Part shown: positions 40,626 to 50,604 of the stretch, piece after piece
Position numbering within the stretch: position 1 is the first letter of the stretch
Layout of the letters: each line of letters begins with the position of its first letter
Source of the DNA: an uncultured delta proteobacterium
Lineage (GTDB): Bacteria; Myxococcota_A; UBA9160; UBA4427
Assembly: GCA_963822965.1 (NCBI GenBank)
Contig: CAWGJT010000014.1
Coordinates: 224,001 to 288,000 of the forward strand
Reading direction: 5' to 3'
DNA length: 64,000 nucleotides
The notes under the pieces: model-generated
The model's database searches: none
The model's input: only the letters and a program-made list of their open reading frames with translations
Told to the model about the DNA's origin: nothing
Translations under genes and position numbers: made by a program

Positions 40626-41993
40626 ATGACCTACCGATCCCAGCGCATCGCGTGGTGGTACTTTCTGGCTGCGCTGCTGCTCTTCGTGCTCCAGGTGGCC
40701 TTCGGCTTCCTGAGCCTGGCGAAATACCTGGGCCCGGATCCTCTGCGAGACGTGATGAACTTCGCCACCGCCAAGGAGATCCACACGAATCTGCTCCTCG
40801 TGTGGATCTTGACCGGGTTCATGGGGGCGGCCTACTGGATCGTGCCCGAGGAGTCGCGCACCGAGATCCACAGCGAGAAGCTCGCGGTCTTCCAGCTGCT
40901 GCTCTGGCTCGGCATCGGGGTGACGACCATCGCGGGCTATCTGCTCGGAATCACCACCGGACGGAAGCTCCTGGAGATGCCCTTCCCGCTGAAGGTGGGT
41001 GTCGTCGTGGTCATGCTCGTCTTCCTCTACAACCTCGCGATGACGATGCGCCGCGCGGGACGCGTGACGACCACGGAGGGCGTGATGATCGGCGGGCTGG
41101 TGGGCGCCGCGCTGCTCTTCCTCCCCGGTCTCATCCACTTCGACAACTACACGCTCGATCGCTTCTACCGTTGGTGGGTCGTGCACCTGTGGGTCGAGGG
41201 CGTGTGGGAGCTCATCATGGGTGGGATGCTCGCGTTCCTGCTGATCCGGCTCTCGGGCGCCGACCGCGAGGTGCTCGAGAAGTGGCTCTACGTGATCGTG
41301 GGACTGACCTTCCTCTCGGGAATCCTGGGCACGGGACACCACTACTACTGGATCGGCGTTCCCGCCTACTGGCTCTGGGTGGGCGGGATCTTCTCGGCTC
41401 TCGAGCCCCTCGCCTTCCTGGCCATGGCCGTCTACGCCTACACGCTCATGAAGCGCTCGGGGCTCTCGCATCCCAACTCGCTGGCGCTCCACTGGACGAT
41501 CGGCGCGGTGATCTTCTCGGCGATCGGCGCCGGCATCCTCGGGCTCGCGCACACGTGGCCGCAGGTGAACCGCTGGACCCACGGCACGCACATCACGACG
41601 ATGCACGGCCACATGGCCTTCTTCGGCGCGTACGCGATGATCAACCTCGCGATCATCACCTACGCCGTTCCCGCCCTGACGGGCCGGAGCGAAGAGGAGA
41701 CCCAGACACAGACCGGCCTCTTGGCCTTCTGGCTCATGGTCGGCGGCATGTTCGGGATGACGATGGCGATCGGCGCCGCCGGCCTGACGCAGACCTATCT
41801 CGAACGCATCCTGGGCGTCGGCTACCTGGAGACCCAGCGGAAGATCCAGGTGCACTACCTGATGTGGCTCGCGACCGGCGTGCTCTTCTCGTCGGGCGTG
41901 GCCGCCTACGTCTGGGACTTCGTGCGAGCCGGGCTGCCGCGCTCCACGCCCGGTGTCGAGACGGTGCCGGCGTCGGGCGACGCCACGGCGTGA
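40626..41993 (+). CDS. norB: Nitric oxide reductase large subunit (cNOR)
   Basis: 'HTNLL', 'WWVVHLWVEGVWEL', 'GTGHHYYWIG', 'ALEP', 'HGHMAFFGAY'. Confidence 0.95.
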   Translation: MTYRSQRIAWWYFLAALLLFVLQVAFGFLSLAKYLGPDPLRDVMNFATAKEIHTNLLLVWILTGFMGAAYWIVPEESRTEIHSEKLAVFQLLLWLGIGVTTIAGYLLGITTGRKLLEMPFPLKVGVVVVMLVFLYNLAMTMRRAGRVTTTEGVMIGGLVGAALLFLPGLIHFDNYTLDRFYRWWVVHLWVEGVWELIMGGMLAFLLIRLSGADREVLEKWLYVIVGLTFLSGILGTGHHYYWIGVPAYWLWVGGIFSALEPLAFLAMAVYAYTLMKRSGLSHPNSLALHWTIGAVIFSAIGAGILGLAHTWPQVNRWTHGTHITTMHGHMAFFGAYAMINLAIITYAVPALTGRSEEETQTQTGLLAFWLMVGGMFGMTMAIGAAGLTQTYLERILGVGYLETQRKIQVHYLMWLATGVLFSSGVAAYVWDFVRAGLPRSTPGVETVPASGDATA

Positions 41994-42015
41994 GGCCGCG
42001 CCAATCCGGAGCCTC

Positions 42016-42870
42016 GTGTTGAAGCACGCGCCGAGCTCGCTCGAGGGTCGTGCTGGGGTGTCGCCCTCGGAGGGGCTGCTCGATGCGCCGCCGGAAAGCG
42101 AGCCCTACTACCACCCGCTGGGCGACGAGATCAGCATGTTCGAGGCAGCCGCCGCTCATCGGCTTCCGGTGTTGCTCAAGGGGCCGACGGGCTGCGGGAA
42201 GACGCGCTTCGTGCGCCACATGGCCTGGCGCATGCGACGTCCACTGGTCACGGTCGCCTGCCACGACGACCTCACGGCGAGCGATCTGACCGGTCGCTTC
42301 CTCGTGCGCGGCGGCGAGACGCTCTGGCAGGACGGACCGCTCACCGAGGCCGTGCGTCGTGGTGCGATCGCCTACCTCGACGAGGTCGTGGAGGCGCGCC
42401 AGGACACGATCGTGGTCCTGCACCCGTTGGCGGACGACCGCCGGATGCTGCCCCTGGAGCGAGCCGACGAGCTCGTGCAGGCTCATCCCGACTTCCAGCT
42501 GGTCGTCTCCTACAATCCCGGCTACCAGAGCCTCGCCAAGGAGCTGAAGGCGTCGACCCGGCAGCGCTTCGTCGCGCTCGAGCTCGGCATCCCGCCGCCG
42601 TCCGTCGAGGCGGAGATCGTCGCGAGGGAGTCGGGAATCGAGGTGGGGCCGGCGGCGGCGCTCGTGAGAGTGGCCGAGCGAATCCGACCGCTTCGCGACC
42701 GCGGACTCGTCGAGGTCCCGAGCACGCGGCTCCTCGTGCACGCGGCACGACTGATCGCCTCGGGCGTCGACCCGGTGCGGGCCTGCGAGACGGCTCTGGT
42801 CGGTCCGCTGACCGACGATCCCGAGCTCGCCGCGACGATCGCCGAGATCGTCCGTGCGGTGCTCGGCTGA
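42016..42870 (+). CDS. norQ: CbbQ/NirQ/NorQ AAA+ ATPase (start uncertain, 42016-42058)
   Basis: 'KGPTGCGKTRF', 'CHDDL', 'WQDGPLT', 'YLDEVVEAR', 'SYNPGYQ', 'STRLL'. Confidence 0.93.
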   Translation: MLKHAPSSLEGRAGVSPSEGLLDAPPESEPYYHPLGDEISMFEAAAAHRLPVLLKGPTGCGKTRFVRHMAWRMRRPLVTVACHDDLTASDLTGRFLVRGGETLWQDGPLTEAVRRGAIAYLDEVVEARQDTIVVLHPLADDRRMLPLERADELVQAHPDFQLVVSYNPGYQSLAKELKASTRQRFVALELGIPPPSVEAEIVARESGIEVGPAAALVRVAERIRPLRDRGLVEVPSTRLLVHAARLIASGVDPVRACETALVGPLTDDPELAATIAEIVRAVLG

Positions 42871-42877
42871 GGGAGCG

Positions 42878-44893
42878 ATGCCCGAGGCCGAAGACGTTCT
42901 GATCGAGGCGGCCGAGCGGGCAACCCGCGCCGTGCGCGCCGTCTGGGCGCGCGGCGCGGGTTCCGAGGGCGCATTCGAAGAGCGGGAGAGCGAGCGGCGT
43001 CTCGCCCTGTGGCTGACGGCCTGCTTCCGGCGGAGCTGGCCGCTGGCGCCGGTCGACGCCCCGCGTGCGCCGAGCTGGGTGGGACGCCTGCTGCGCAGCC
43101 CGCCGCCCTGGCAGCGGGTGCCCGAGGCGACAGCCTCGACCGATGGGATGCGAATCCTGCTGCCGCGCTCCGGACTCGCCCACTTCGATCCCGGTGATGG
43201 AACCGGCGCCCTGCTCGCCGCCCTCGGGCTCGCCCGTCGCCTCGCGCAGGGACGGCTGGGCGCGCTCCCCAGCACGCGCGGCGTGGCGCGCGATCTCGAC
43301 TGGGCGCTCGAGGGCGCGCTCGCCGAGGGGGCGATCGTGCGCGACCTCCCGGGGCTGCGGGCGGCCTTCGCCGCTGCCCGTGCCGGCGCCCTCGAGAGGA
43401 GGCCCGCCCTCGCGCAGCTGCGCCCGGCCGAGCGAGCCGTTGAAGCGCACGTGCGCGGCCTGCTCGAGGGGGGATGGGGCGAGCTCGGCGCGGCGTTCGC
43501 GTCGCTCGGGGAGGATCCAGCGCCCGACGTCGTCGCGTCGGCAGCCGAGGCCTTCGCGGACGCGCTCGAAGCACGCGAGCGCGCGCGCTATCGGGGCATG
43601 GCGCCGGTCGCCCACTGGGGTGAGCCGCCGGGTGCCCCGATGCCGCAGCTGCCCCCGTCCCCTGCTCCCGACGCACCCCGTCGGGGGCTGCCCAGTCGGC
43701 GCCTGCCGCGCCGTGTCGCGCGTCGACCCGCAGAGACGCGAGACGAACGCGCGGGACCGTTCGTGATCCCCTTCTCCGATCCCCACCTCTCCGTGGACGA
43801 CCCGGCGGGCCTGGGCCGCCCGCCCGACGGAGGGGAGGAGGACCTCGCCGCGCTCGCCGAAGAGCTGGCCAACCTCGACGAGCTTGGCGTCGTTCGGAGC
43901 GCGGCGCCGGTCGCGGAGCTGCTCCTGGGGGACGACGAGACGCGCAGCGGCACGGGGGCTACCTCCGCGGTGGGGGTCGACGGCGCGGGGACCACGGTGT
44001 GGCTCTATCCGGAGTGGGACACGCGTACGGGTAGCTACCGCGTGCCGGGCTGTCGGGTTCGCGAGTTGCCGCTCCCGGCGCTCGCCGGGGACTGGGCGGA
44101 GCGCGTGCTGCAGGATCGGCGAATGCTCCTGGATCACCTGCGCCGCCACTTCGAGACCCTGCGACCGAGGCGCGCGCGGATCGCACGACAGCTCGACGGC
44201 GACGACATCGATCTGACGGGTTGGGTGGACGAGTGGGCGGAGCGCCAAGCGGGACGGACGCCCGCCGGCCGCCTCTACAGCCGCGAGCGGCGGCACCGCC
44301 GGGAGGTCGCGGTCGCGCTGCTGGTGGACGCGAGCGGGTCGACCGACGCCTGGGTGTCGGGTCGCCATCGCGTGATCGACGTCGCCCGTGAGGCGGCGCT
44401 CTGCTTCTGTGAAGCCCTTGCACCCCTGGGCGACCGTCATGCCGTCTACGCCTTCTCCGGCACCGGGGCCGCGGACGTGCGCGTACGCGTGGTACGGCGC
44501 TTCGAGGAGAGGGGCGTGCACGGCGTCCGATCGCGCATCGGAGGGCTCGAGCCCGACGCCTTCACGCGGCTCGGCGCGCCCCTCCGGCACGTGACGGCTC
44601 GGCTGGCACGTCAGCCCGCCCGGGTACGGCTCCTGCTGCTGCTCTCCGACGGCAAGCCCGACGACGAGGACGTCTACGAGGGCGACTACGGCGTCGAGGA
44701 CGTGCGCCAGGCCGTTGCGGAGGCGCGGCTCCAGGGCATACACGTCTTCTGCGTCACCATCGACCGGCAGGGCCCGACCTATCTGCCGAGAATGTTCGGT
44801 CCCAGCGGCTACACGGTGCTCTGGAACGTGTCGCAGCTTCCGGCCAGGCTGCCGCAGATCTACCGGCAACTCACCGGCGCGGCCGGGCACTGA
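42878..44893 (+). CDS. norD: NorD nitric oxide reductase activation protein (VWA)
   Basis: 'YPEWD', MIDAS 'DASGST', 'TRLGAPLRH', 'SDGKPDD..YEG.YGVED'. Confidence 0.92.
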   Translation: MPEAEDVLIEAAERATRAVRAVWARGAGSEGAFEERESERRLALWLTACFRRSWPLAPVDAPRAPSWVGRLLRSPPPWQRVPEATASTDGMRILLPRSGLAHFDPGDGTGALLAALGLARRLAQGRLGALPSTRGVARDLDWALEGALAEGAIVRDLPGLRAAFAAARAGALERRPALAQLRPAERAVEAHVRGLLEGGWGELGAAFASLGEDPAPDVVASAAEAFADALEARERARYRGMAPVAHWGEPPGAPMPQLPPSPAPDAPRRGLPSRRLPRRVARRPAETRDERAGPFVIPFSDPHLSVDDPAGLGRPPDGGEEDLAALAEELANLDELGVVRSAAPVAELLLGDDETRSGTGATSAVGVDGAGTTVWLYPEWDTRTGSYRVPGCRVRELPLPALAGDWAERVLQDRRMLLDHLRRHFETLRPRRARIARQLDGDDIDLTGWVDEWAERQAGRTPAGRLYSRERRHRREVAVALLVDASGSTDAWVSGRHRVIDVAREAALCFCEALAPLGDRHAVYAFSGTGAADVRVRVVRRFEERGVHGVRSRIGGLEPDAFTRLGAPLRHVTARLARQPARVRLLLLLSDGKPDDEDVYEGDYGVEDVRQAVAEARLQGIHVFCVTIDRQGPTYLPRMFGPSGYTVLWNVSQLPARLPQIYRQLTGAAGH

Positions 44894-44948
44894 GCGCGCG
44901 GCGACCGAACGAGCCGAACGTGCCTGGAGGAGGATCGAGCCAGCGAAA

Positions 44949-45458
44949 ATGGATGCCCCGCGCCTTCCCAGAGCCGTCGAGGACGAGCCCCGAGCCGCGC
45001 ACCTCTCGCGCGCGCTCGCGGGGTGCTCGCAGCCCCTGTGGGCGGGCGCCGAGCTGCGCGTACCGCAGGTCGATCTCACACCGGCCGTCGAAGCCGCCCT
45101 GAAGAGCGCCTCGTCCGCGCGACGCATCGTTCGTGGGTTGGAGGCAGCCGAACGGGCTCTCGCCGCCGAAGCCGAGGGGTTGAGCCACGTCGACCGAACG
45201 ACCGGGGTGCCGCGCGGCGAGCGCGTCTCGAGGCTGCTGGTGCTCGCGGACGACGGAGCGGAGCGCTTCTACCGAAGGGTGGAGTCGCTGCTGCGTCGAC
45301 ACGCTCCGCGCGTGCTCGCCCTGCGCGTGTCCGCCGATCAGCACGTCCTCGGCCGGCTGCTCTTCGGTCCCGATCAGGTGGCGCGGCTGCTCCTGGTCGA
45401 GCACAAGGCGGCCGTGTCCGCGGTGCTGCTGGCGCTCGCCACTCCGATGCCCGGGTAG
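44949..45458 (+). CDS. Hypothetical protein with L7Ae/L30e-like pattern
   Basis: 'ARRIVRGLEAAERAL...RLLVLADDG...LGRLL' resembles the L7Ae fold signature. Confidence 0.6.
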   Translation: MDAPRLPRAVEDEPRAAHLSRALAGCSQPLWAGAELRVPQVDLTPAVEAALKSASSARRIVRGLEAAERALAAEAEGLSHVDRTTGVPRGERVSRLLVLADDGAERFYRRVESLLRRHAPRVLALRVSADQHVLGRLLFGPDQVARLLLVEHKAAVSAVLLALATPMPG

Positions 45459-45546
45459 GGCGCGATCCTCGTCCGGGGAGAGGGCTCGCCGGGCCGGTCG
45501 AGCTCGAGCGGAGCCCGCGGGCACGGGCCGGAAGAGGTGTCGCGGC

Positions 45547-46467
45547 TCAGGGCTCCAGGCCGGCGAGCACGGACTGGAAGCGCGAGCGTTGTCCCGGTGC
45601 GGCGGTCATGTCCGAGTTGATGGGCGTCACGGTGACATAGCCGGCGGCGAGCACCTCCGTGTCCGAATCGTGCACGTCCGCCTCGTCTCCGGTGCCCGGG
45701 CCTACGGCGGGAATGAAGACGTCGCCGCCGATGGGGACGAAGATCAGCGACGCGGAGGACGCCTGCCCCTGGACGGTCAGCTTGACGCCCCGGACGTCCT
45801 CGGGCGCGACCGTCGGGTAGTTGACGTTGAGCGCGACGCCGGGAGGCAGCAGCCCGGGCTCGTTGGCGAGACCGCCGGGCTTCGTCTCGAGGTGGGCGAT
45901 CAGCGCCACCGCGAACGCGGCCACGTTGGCGAAGTGTGCGGTGAAGGCCGGATCGGTCTCGTCCACGTCGGGCGCGTCGCTGCTGAAGGCGATCGAAGGG
46001 ATACCTGCCGCCAGACCGGCGGTGGTCGCCCCGACGGTGCCCGAGAAGGGAGTCGCCGTGCCCACGTTGGCGCCCACGTTCGTTCCGGAGACGACCAGGT
46101 CGGGTGCCACGCCGCCCAGGGTCACGCTCAAGCCGAAGAGCACGCAGGTGGCCGGCGTCGCGGGGACGGGCGCGCGATCGCCGGTGATGAGCTCGTCGAG
46201 CGCGTAGAGCGCATAGTCCTGGGCGCCTACCTGCACTGGTGAGACCGGCGCGAGGTTGATGGCGGCGCTGCTTCCGCTGCGCTCGCCGAAGGGCGCCACC
46301 AGGGTGACGTTGTGTCCCGCGCCCTCTAGTGCCGCCTTCAAGGTCTGGATACCGACCGCCGAGTAGCCGTCGTCGTTCGTGAGCAGGATGTCGAGCGCTT
46401 GCGACGGTGCGGCGTACAGCACCAGTACGAAGGTCGCCAGGAGCCAGCGGTGAGCCGATCGGGTCAT
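45547..46467 (-). CDS. surE: 5'/3'-nucleotidase SurE family, with signal peptide
   Basis: 'ILLTNDDG', 'VAP...SGSS', 'TPATC', 'VVSGTNVGAN', 'SGTVGA', 'LNVNYP'; signal ending SQA. Confidence 0.9.
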   Translation of the reverse strand: MTRSAHRWLLATFVLVLYAAPSQALDILLTNDDGYSAVGIQTLKAALEGAGHNVTLVAPFGERSGSSAAINLAPVSPVQVGAQDYALYALDELITGDRAPVPATPATCVLFGLSVTLGGVAPDLVVSGTNVGANVGTATPFSGTVGATTAGLAAGIPSIAFSSDAPDVDETDPAFTAHFANVAAFAVALIAHLETKPGGLANEPGLLPPGVALNVNYPTVAPEDVRGVKLTVQGQASSASLIFVPIGGDVFIPAVGPGTGDEADVHDSDTEVLAAGYVTVTPINSDMTAAPGQRSRFQSVLAGLEP

Positions 46468-46619
46468 GATTCTGCCCTCCCATGCGGCTTGGGCCGGAGT
46501 CGAGTCCGGCGAGTCGAGCCCGGGCCCGACCCCCCATGCCTATCATGAGCCGGGTTTCGAGTACAGAAGAAAGCGACCGGAGTGCGGATGTTAGGTGTCG
46601 TCCCGAGGGGGCGCGGGTC

Positions 46620-47918
46620 TCAGGCCTTCTCGAACGCGAGGGGAAGGGCCACGAGCCCGCGCAGCAGGATGTTCGGCCGGTGCTCGAGGGGAAGGGCGTC
46701 CGCAGGGATGCGTAGGGTGACGAGTCGTTCGCTCAGGGCCTCGAAGCACTCGACCAGCTCGGCCTTCGCCAGCTGGGCGCCCAGGCAGTAGTGGAGCCCG
46801 TGGCCGAAGGCGACGTGCTCGTTCGCGTTGCGGCGCTCGATGTCGAAGCGGTCCGGGTGCGGGAACACCAGCTCGTCGCGGTTGGCCGCCGCATAGCGAA
46901 GCATCACCATCGCGCCCTTCGGGATCTCCACTCCGCCGAGGATCGTGTCCCGGGTGCAGACGCGCCACATGTTCGCGGTCGGCGTGGCGAGCCGCAGGAT
47001 CTCCTCCACGGCGTTCGGGATGAGGCCGGCGTCCCGGCGGATGCGCGACCAGGCGTCGGGGTCCTCGGCGAAGAGCCGCGCGCCCTCGCAGATCGTGCTG
47101 GCCGTCGTCTCGTTGCCCGCCACCAGCAGCTGCTGCAGGATCGAGAGCGACTCGGCCATGTCCAGGGGATTGCCCCGTTCGTCCGCCGCGTTGACCATGT
47201 CCGAGATGATGTCGTCCCGGGGCTCGCTCCGACGGGCCGCGACGATCTTCGCGAAGTAGTGCTGGAACTCGAAGATCAGCTCCCGGGCCTGCTTCTGCTC
47301 CTCGGGGCTCGCCATGCCGCCGAGCTGGGCGACGAAGCCGTCGGACCACCTCTTGAAGCGCGGCAGCTCCCGAGCGGGTACGCCGAGCTGCTCGGAGATG
47401 ATCGTGAGGGGTACGGGAACCGCGAATGCCTCGCGCAGCTCGACCCGGCCGTCGTCCACGAAGGCGTCGATCAGCTCGTGGCAGAGCTCGCGCATGCGCG
47501 GCGCGAGCGAGCGTACGCGCTTGAGCCGGAAAGCCTTGTCGACCAGTGAGCGGTAGCGCTTCTGCTCCGGCGGGTCGGCGGTGAGCATCGTGTCCACGGG
47601 AAGGAGGGGGCGATCGAGCACGCCCGCCTCGACCTTCGCCGCGTCGGCCTTCGCGGCGCCGGCCCTCGCGGCGCCGGCAAAGGCGCTCTGTCCGTCCGCG
47701 GGTGCCATCGCGGCCGCGAACCGGTTCGAGAAGATCTCCCAGCTCTTGACCGCCTGCATCACGAGCTCGTAGCTCGACACCATGTAGATCCCGGTGTGGG
47801 GGTCCCGGTAGACGGGCGCTTCGCGCCGCAGCAGGGCGTAGTACTTCCAGGGGTCCTCCTGGAGGGCTGGATCGAAGGGATGGAAGCTCTCGAGGCTGCT
47901 GTCGCCGACGGCGGTCAT
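46620..47918 (-). CDS. Cytochrome P450
   Basis: 'AGNETT', 'EEILR', 'FGHGLHYCLG'. Confidence 0.95.
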   Translation of the reverse strand: MTAVGDSSLESFHPFDPALQEDPWKYYALLRREAPVYRDPHTGIYMVSSYELVMQAVKSWEIFSNRFAAAMAPADGQSAFAGAARAGAAKADAAKVEAGVLDRPLLPVDTMLTADPPEQKRYRSLVDKAFRLKRVRSLAPRMRELCHELIDAFVDDGRVELREAFAVPVPLTIISEQLGVPARELPRFKRWSDGFVAQLGGMASPEEQKQARELIFEFQHYFAKIVAARRSEPRDDIISDMVNAADERGNPLDMAESLSILQQLLVAGNETTASTICEGARLFAEDPDAWSRIRRDAGLIPNAVEEILRLATPTANMWRVCTRDTILGGVEIPKGAMVMLRYAAANRDELVFPHPDRFDIERRNANEHVAFGHGLHYCLGAQLAKAELVECFEALSERLVTLRIPADALPLEHRPNILLRGLVALPLAFEKA

Positions 47919-47981
47919 TCGCTTCTCTCCAAGCCGGGATTCCAGAGACGAGCCCGCAAGATCCCCTTCCGGGGCCGCGGT

Positions 47982-48956
47982 TCAGGGCGCTACGACCACC
48001 TTGCCGACGACCCTTCGCTCCAGCAGGTCGCGCAGTGCCTGGGGTGCCTCCTCGAGCGAGTACGTGCGCGAGACGTGCGGCCTCAGCTGACCCGCCTCGA
48101 TCATCTCGTCGATGGCGTGCACCACGCTCTCCCGGGTTTCGGGCTCCCTGCCGAGCATGGCGCCGAGGAAGACGCCGATGATCTGGCAGCCCTTGAGGAG
48201 GGCGAGGTTCAGGGGAATCCTGGGGATGCCTGCGGTGAAGCCGATCACGAGGAAGCGGCCCTTCCAGGCGATGGCGCGCAGCGCGGCCTCCGCGTAGTCC
48301 CCGCCCACGGTGTCGTAGACCACGTCGACCCCGCGGCCCTCGGTGAGTGCCTTGGCGCGGTCCTTGAGGCTCTCCTTCGAGTAGTCGATGGTCTCGTCGG
48401 CGCCGTGCTGCTTGCAGAGGTCGAGCTTGGCATGGCTGGAGGCGGCGGCGATCACGCGGGCTCCCAGGGCCTTGCCGAGCTCGACCGCTGCGAGGCCCAG
48501 GTTGCCGCCGGCTCCCAGCACGAGAAGGGTCTCTCCCTTCCGCAGCTGCGCGCGATCCACGAGCGCGTAGTAGCCGGTGCCGTAGCTGTAGACCAGGCCG
48601 GTGGACTCCGCGAAGCCGACGTTCGCCGGGATCGGACGCGCGGCAGCAGCGGGCACGCAGACCCGCTCGGCGAAGGCGCCCACGAGGCCCAGGCTGGCCA
48701 CGACCCGGTCGCCGACGGCGGGTGTCTGCACGCCTTCGCCCACGGCCGCCACGACGCCGGCGGCTTCGCCGCCCGGGATGAACGGCGGAGTGGCCTTCAT
48801 CTGGTACTTGTCCTCGATGACGAGGGCGTCGGGAAACGTGACACCGGCCGCCTTCACGTCGATGAGGACCTGGCCCGGGGCGGGCGCGGGGTCGTCGATG
48901 TCTTCGACGACGAGGTTCTCGGGCGGTCCGAACTGCTTGCAGACGACGGCTCTCAC
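47982..48956 (-). CDS. NADPH:quinone oxidoreductase family (MDR)
   Basis: 'PFIPGGEAAG', 'LGAGGNLG', 'IGFTAG', 'GKVVV'. Confidence 0.93.
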   Translation of the reverse strand: MRAVVCKQFGPPENLVVEDIDDPAPAPGQVLIDVKAAGVTFPDALVIEDKYQMKATPPFIPGGEAAGVVAAVGEGVQTPAVGDRVVASLGLVGAFAERVCVPAAAARPIPANVGFAESTGLVYSYGTGYYALVDRAQLRKGETLLVLGAGGNLGLAAVELGKALGARVIAAASSHAKLDLCKQHGADETIDYSKESLKDRAKALTEGRGVDVVYDTVGGDYAEAALRAIAWKGRFLVIGFTAGIPRIPLNLALLKGCQIIGVFLGAMLGREPETRESVVHAIDEMIEAGQLRPHVSRTYSLEEAPQALRDLLERRVVGKVVVAP

Positions 48957-49032
48957 GTGGCTCCTCCTCTGCGGGGGAGGGTAACGAAACGACGACGCCC
49001 GGAGCCGGCCGTCCGGATCGGGGGCCGTCCCG

Positions 49033-49455
49033 TCAAGCGCCGCCCGACCGCTTGGCCAATGCGGAGACGAAGCGCTCTGCGTCCACCACGAAGCGCTCGT
49101 GGGTGCCCTCGGACACCACCCCGGCGTCGTCCCGGGCGGAGACGCGGAACTCGAGCCGGCGCTTGTCCACGCCGGAGAGCTCCACCGAAACGGTGACGGG
49201 ACAGCCCGGGGGCGTGGGCGCGGAGTGGCTGAGATCGAAGCGGGTGCCGACGGTCTGCTCCCGCGGCCAATCGATGTGCGGATTCACCGCCTGGATGCAC
49301 GTCCACTCGATCAGGCCGATCAGGTAGCCGCTCGCGAACACCCGGGGCATCAACTGGAACTCGGGAGCCTCCGGGTACAACGCCGGCACCGTCTTGTCGT
49401 CGGACACCTGGAAGGTGAACTCGTGCTGGATTCCGGGCCGGAGCGTCTCACGCAC
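49033..49455 (-). CDS. Fluoroacetyl-CoA thioesterase (FlK)-like hotdog protein
   Basis: 'VPALYPE', 'VFASG..IGLIEW', 'HSAPTPPG', 'GTHERF'; GTG start. Confidence 0.9.
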   Translation of the reverse strand: MRETLRPGIQHEFTFQVSDDKTVPALYPEAPEFQLMPRVFASGYLIGLIEWTCIQAVNPHIDWPREQTVGTRFDLSHSAPTPPGCPVTVSVELSGVDKRRLEFRVSARDDAGVVSEGTHERFVVDAERFVSALAKRSGGA

Positions 49456-49573
49456 GTCGCATCTCCCTCGGTGCCCAGGATCGCCCATTCCCCGCGGCGG
49501 GGGAAGACCCGCCGCCGGCGAGCCGGCCCCGGTCGAGCTGCGGTGGCAACGCGGGGAAGGGTAGACTGGCGCG

Positions 49574-50356
49574 GTGAAGGAGCCGGTGGAAGTCGCGCGG
49601 AAGACGCGTGCGTGGCGCCTTGCCGCCCTGTTGGCCTGCGCCGTCGCGGTGTGCGCAACGGGCTGCAATCGCCGAGGGTCGGGCGAGGCGCGGCTCGGCG
49701 TGTCGCCGCAGATCCCCGCTCCCCGGGCGACCCTCGACGCCCCCGCTGCCGGGTCCACCTCCGAGGACCCGTCGCGCTCCTTCGCGTGCACGCTCGTGAT
49801 CGGCTACAGCCAGGTCGCCGAGTGGTACCAGGCGGGCGGCGCCTTCGAGTCGACGGTCGAGGACGATCGCTGGGAGCTGCTGTGGAACGGGGGCGCCGGC
49901 GTCGATCGCTGGCGCGATTCCGACTACGAAGGCTGGAGCGAGCCCTTGCACTCGCCGTGCTCGTCCGGATCGAATGCGCCCGATCGGGTCCTGCTGTCCA
50001 TCAGCGGGCCGTATGGCGCCGACGAGACGAAGTGGGCCGATGCCATCGCCGCCACGGTCGCGGCGATTCGGCGGAGGTACCCGTCGGTCGAGCGGATCGT
50101 CCTGCAGCCGGTCGTCGGGGGGCCGGGCCATCGGGACTGCGTCGTCGACGGCGATCGGGTGCGCGCCTCCTGGCAGCACGCGCACATCGACCACGCGATC
50201 GCCGCCGTGGTGAACCGCGTGGACGTCGTCGCCGGTATGTCGCCGGAGGTGCGCAGCTGCGCCGACTACCGTGACGCCCTGGGGCACCTCACCCCCGACG
50301 GAGCGGCTGCCGCCGGCAGCAGCATCGGCGCCCACTACGCTTCTGCCGGGGGGTAG
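49574..50356 (+). CDS. Hypothetical lipoprotein, possibly SGNH-like fold
   Basis: Lipobox-like ATGC; 'IGYS' and 'DALGHLT' resemble SGNH blocks I and V. Confidence 0.55.
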   Translation: MKEPVEVARKTRAWRLAALLACAVAVCATGCNRRGSGEARLGVSPQIPAPRATLDAPAAGSTSEDPSRSFACTLVIGYSQVAEWYQAGGAFESTVEDDRWELLWNGGAGVDRWRDSDYEGWSEPLHSPCSSGSNAPDRVLLSISGPYGADETKWADAIAATVAAIRRRYPSVERIVLQPVVGGPGHRDCVVDGDRVRASWQHAHIDHAIAAVVNRVDVVAGMSPEVRSCADYRDALGHLTPDGAAAAGSSIGAHYASAGG

Positions 50357-50604
50357 CGGCGGCAGACCCGGGCCTCGGACCCGTCGGGGCGACGAATCCA
50401 CCCATGATCCTCGGGGGCGTCGCCCCCCGTTGGCCAGGTCTCACGCAACACCAGCGAGAGCCTCGCCCGTGATAGCCTGGGGTGGGCCCGGCTCACGAGC
50501 GGCTCTGGGCGGCGGTGCAGCTCGGGCGAGGCGAGGAGGTGGCGCGTGGCGCGCTTCCTGATCTGCGGCGAGCCCGCACGCGGGCACCCGGAAGGCGAGG
50601 CGAC

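Noticed and set aside
40626..41993. NO dismutase, qNOR or cbb3 oxidase identity
   Set aside because: No qNOR N-terminal extension; HLWVEG and the HH ligands are canonical; norC, norQ and norD are adjacent
46493..46525. Short GAGTCGAGYCCGG direct repeat/palindrome upstream of surE
   Set aside because: Only two copies in GC-rich DNA; no spacer structure, so not CRISPR-like
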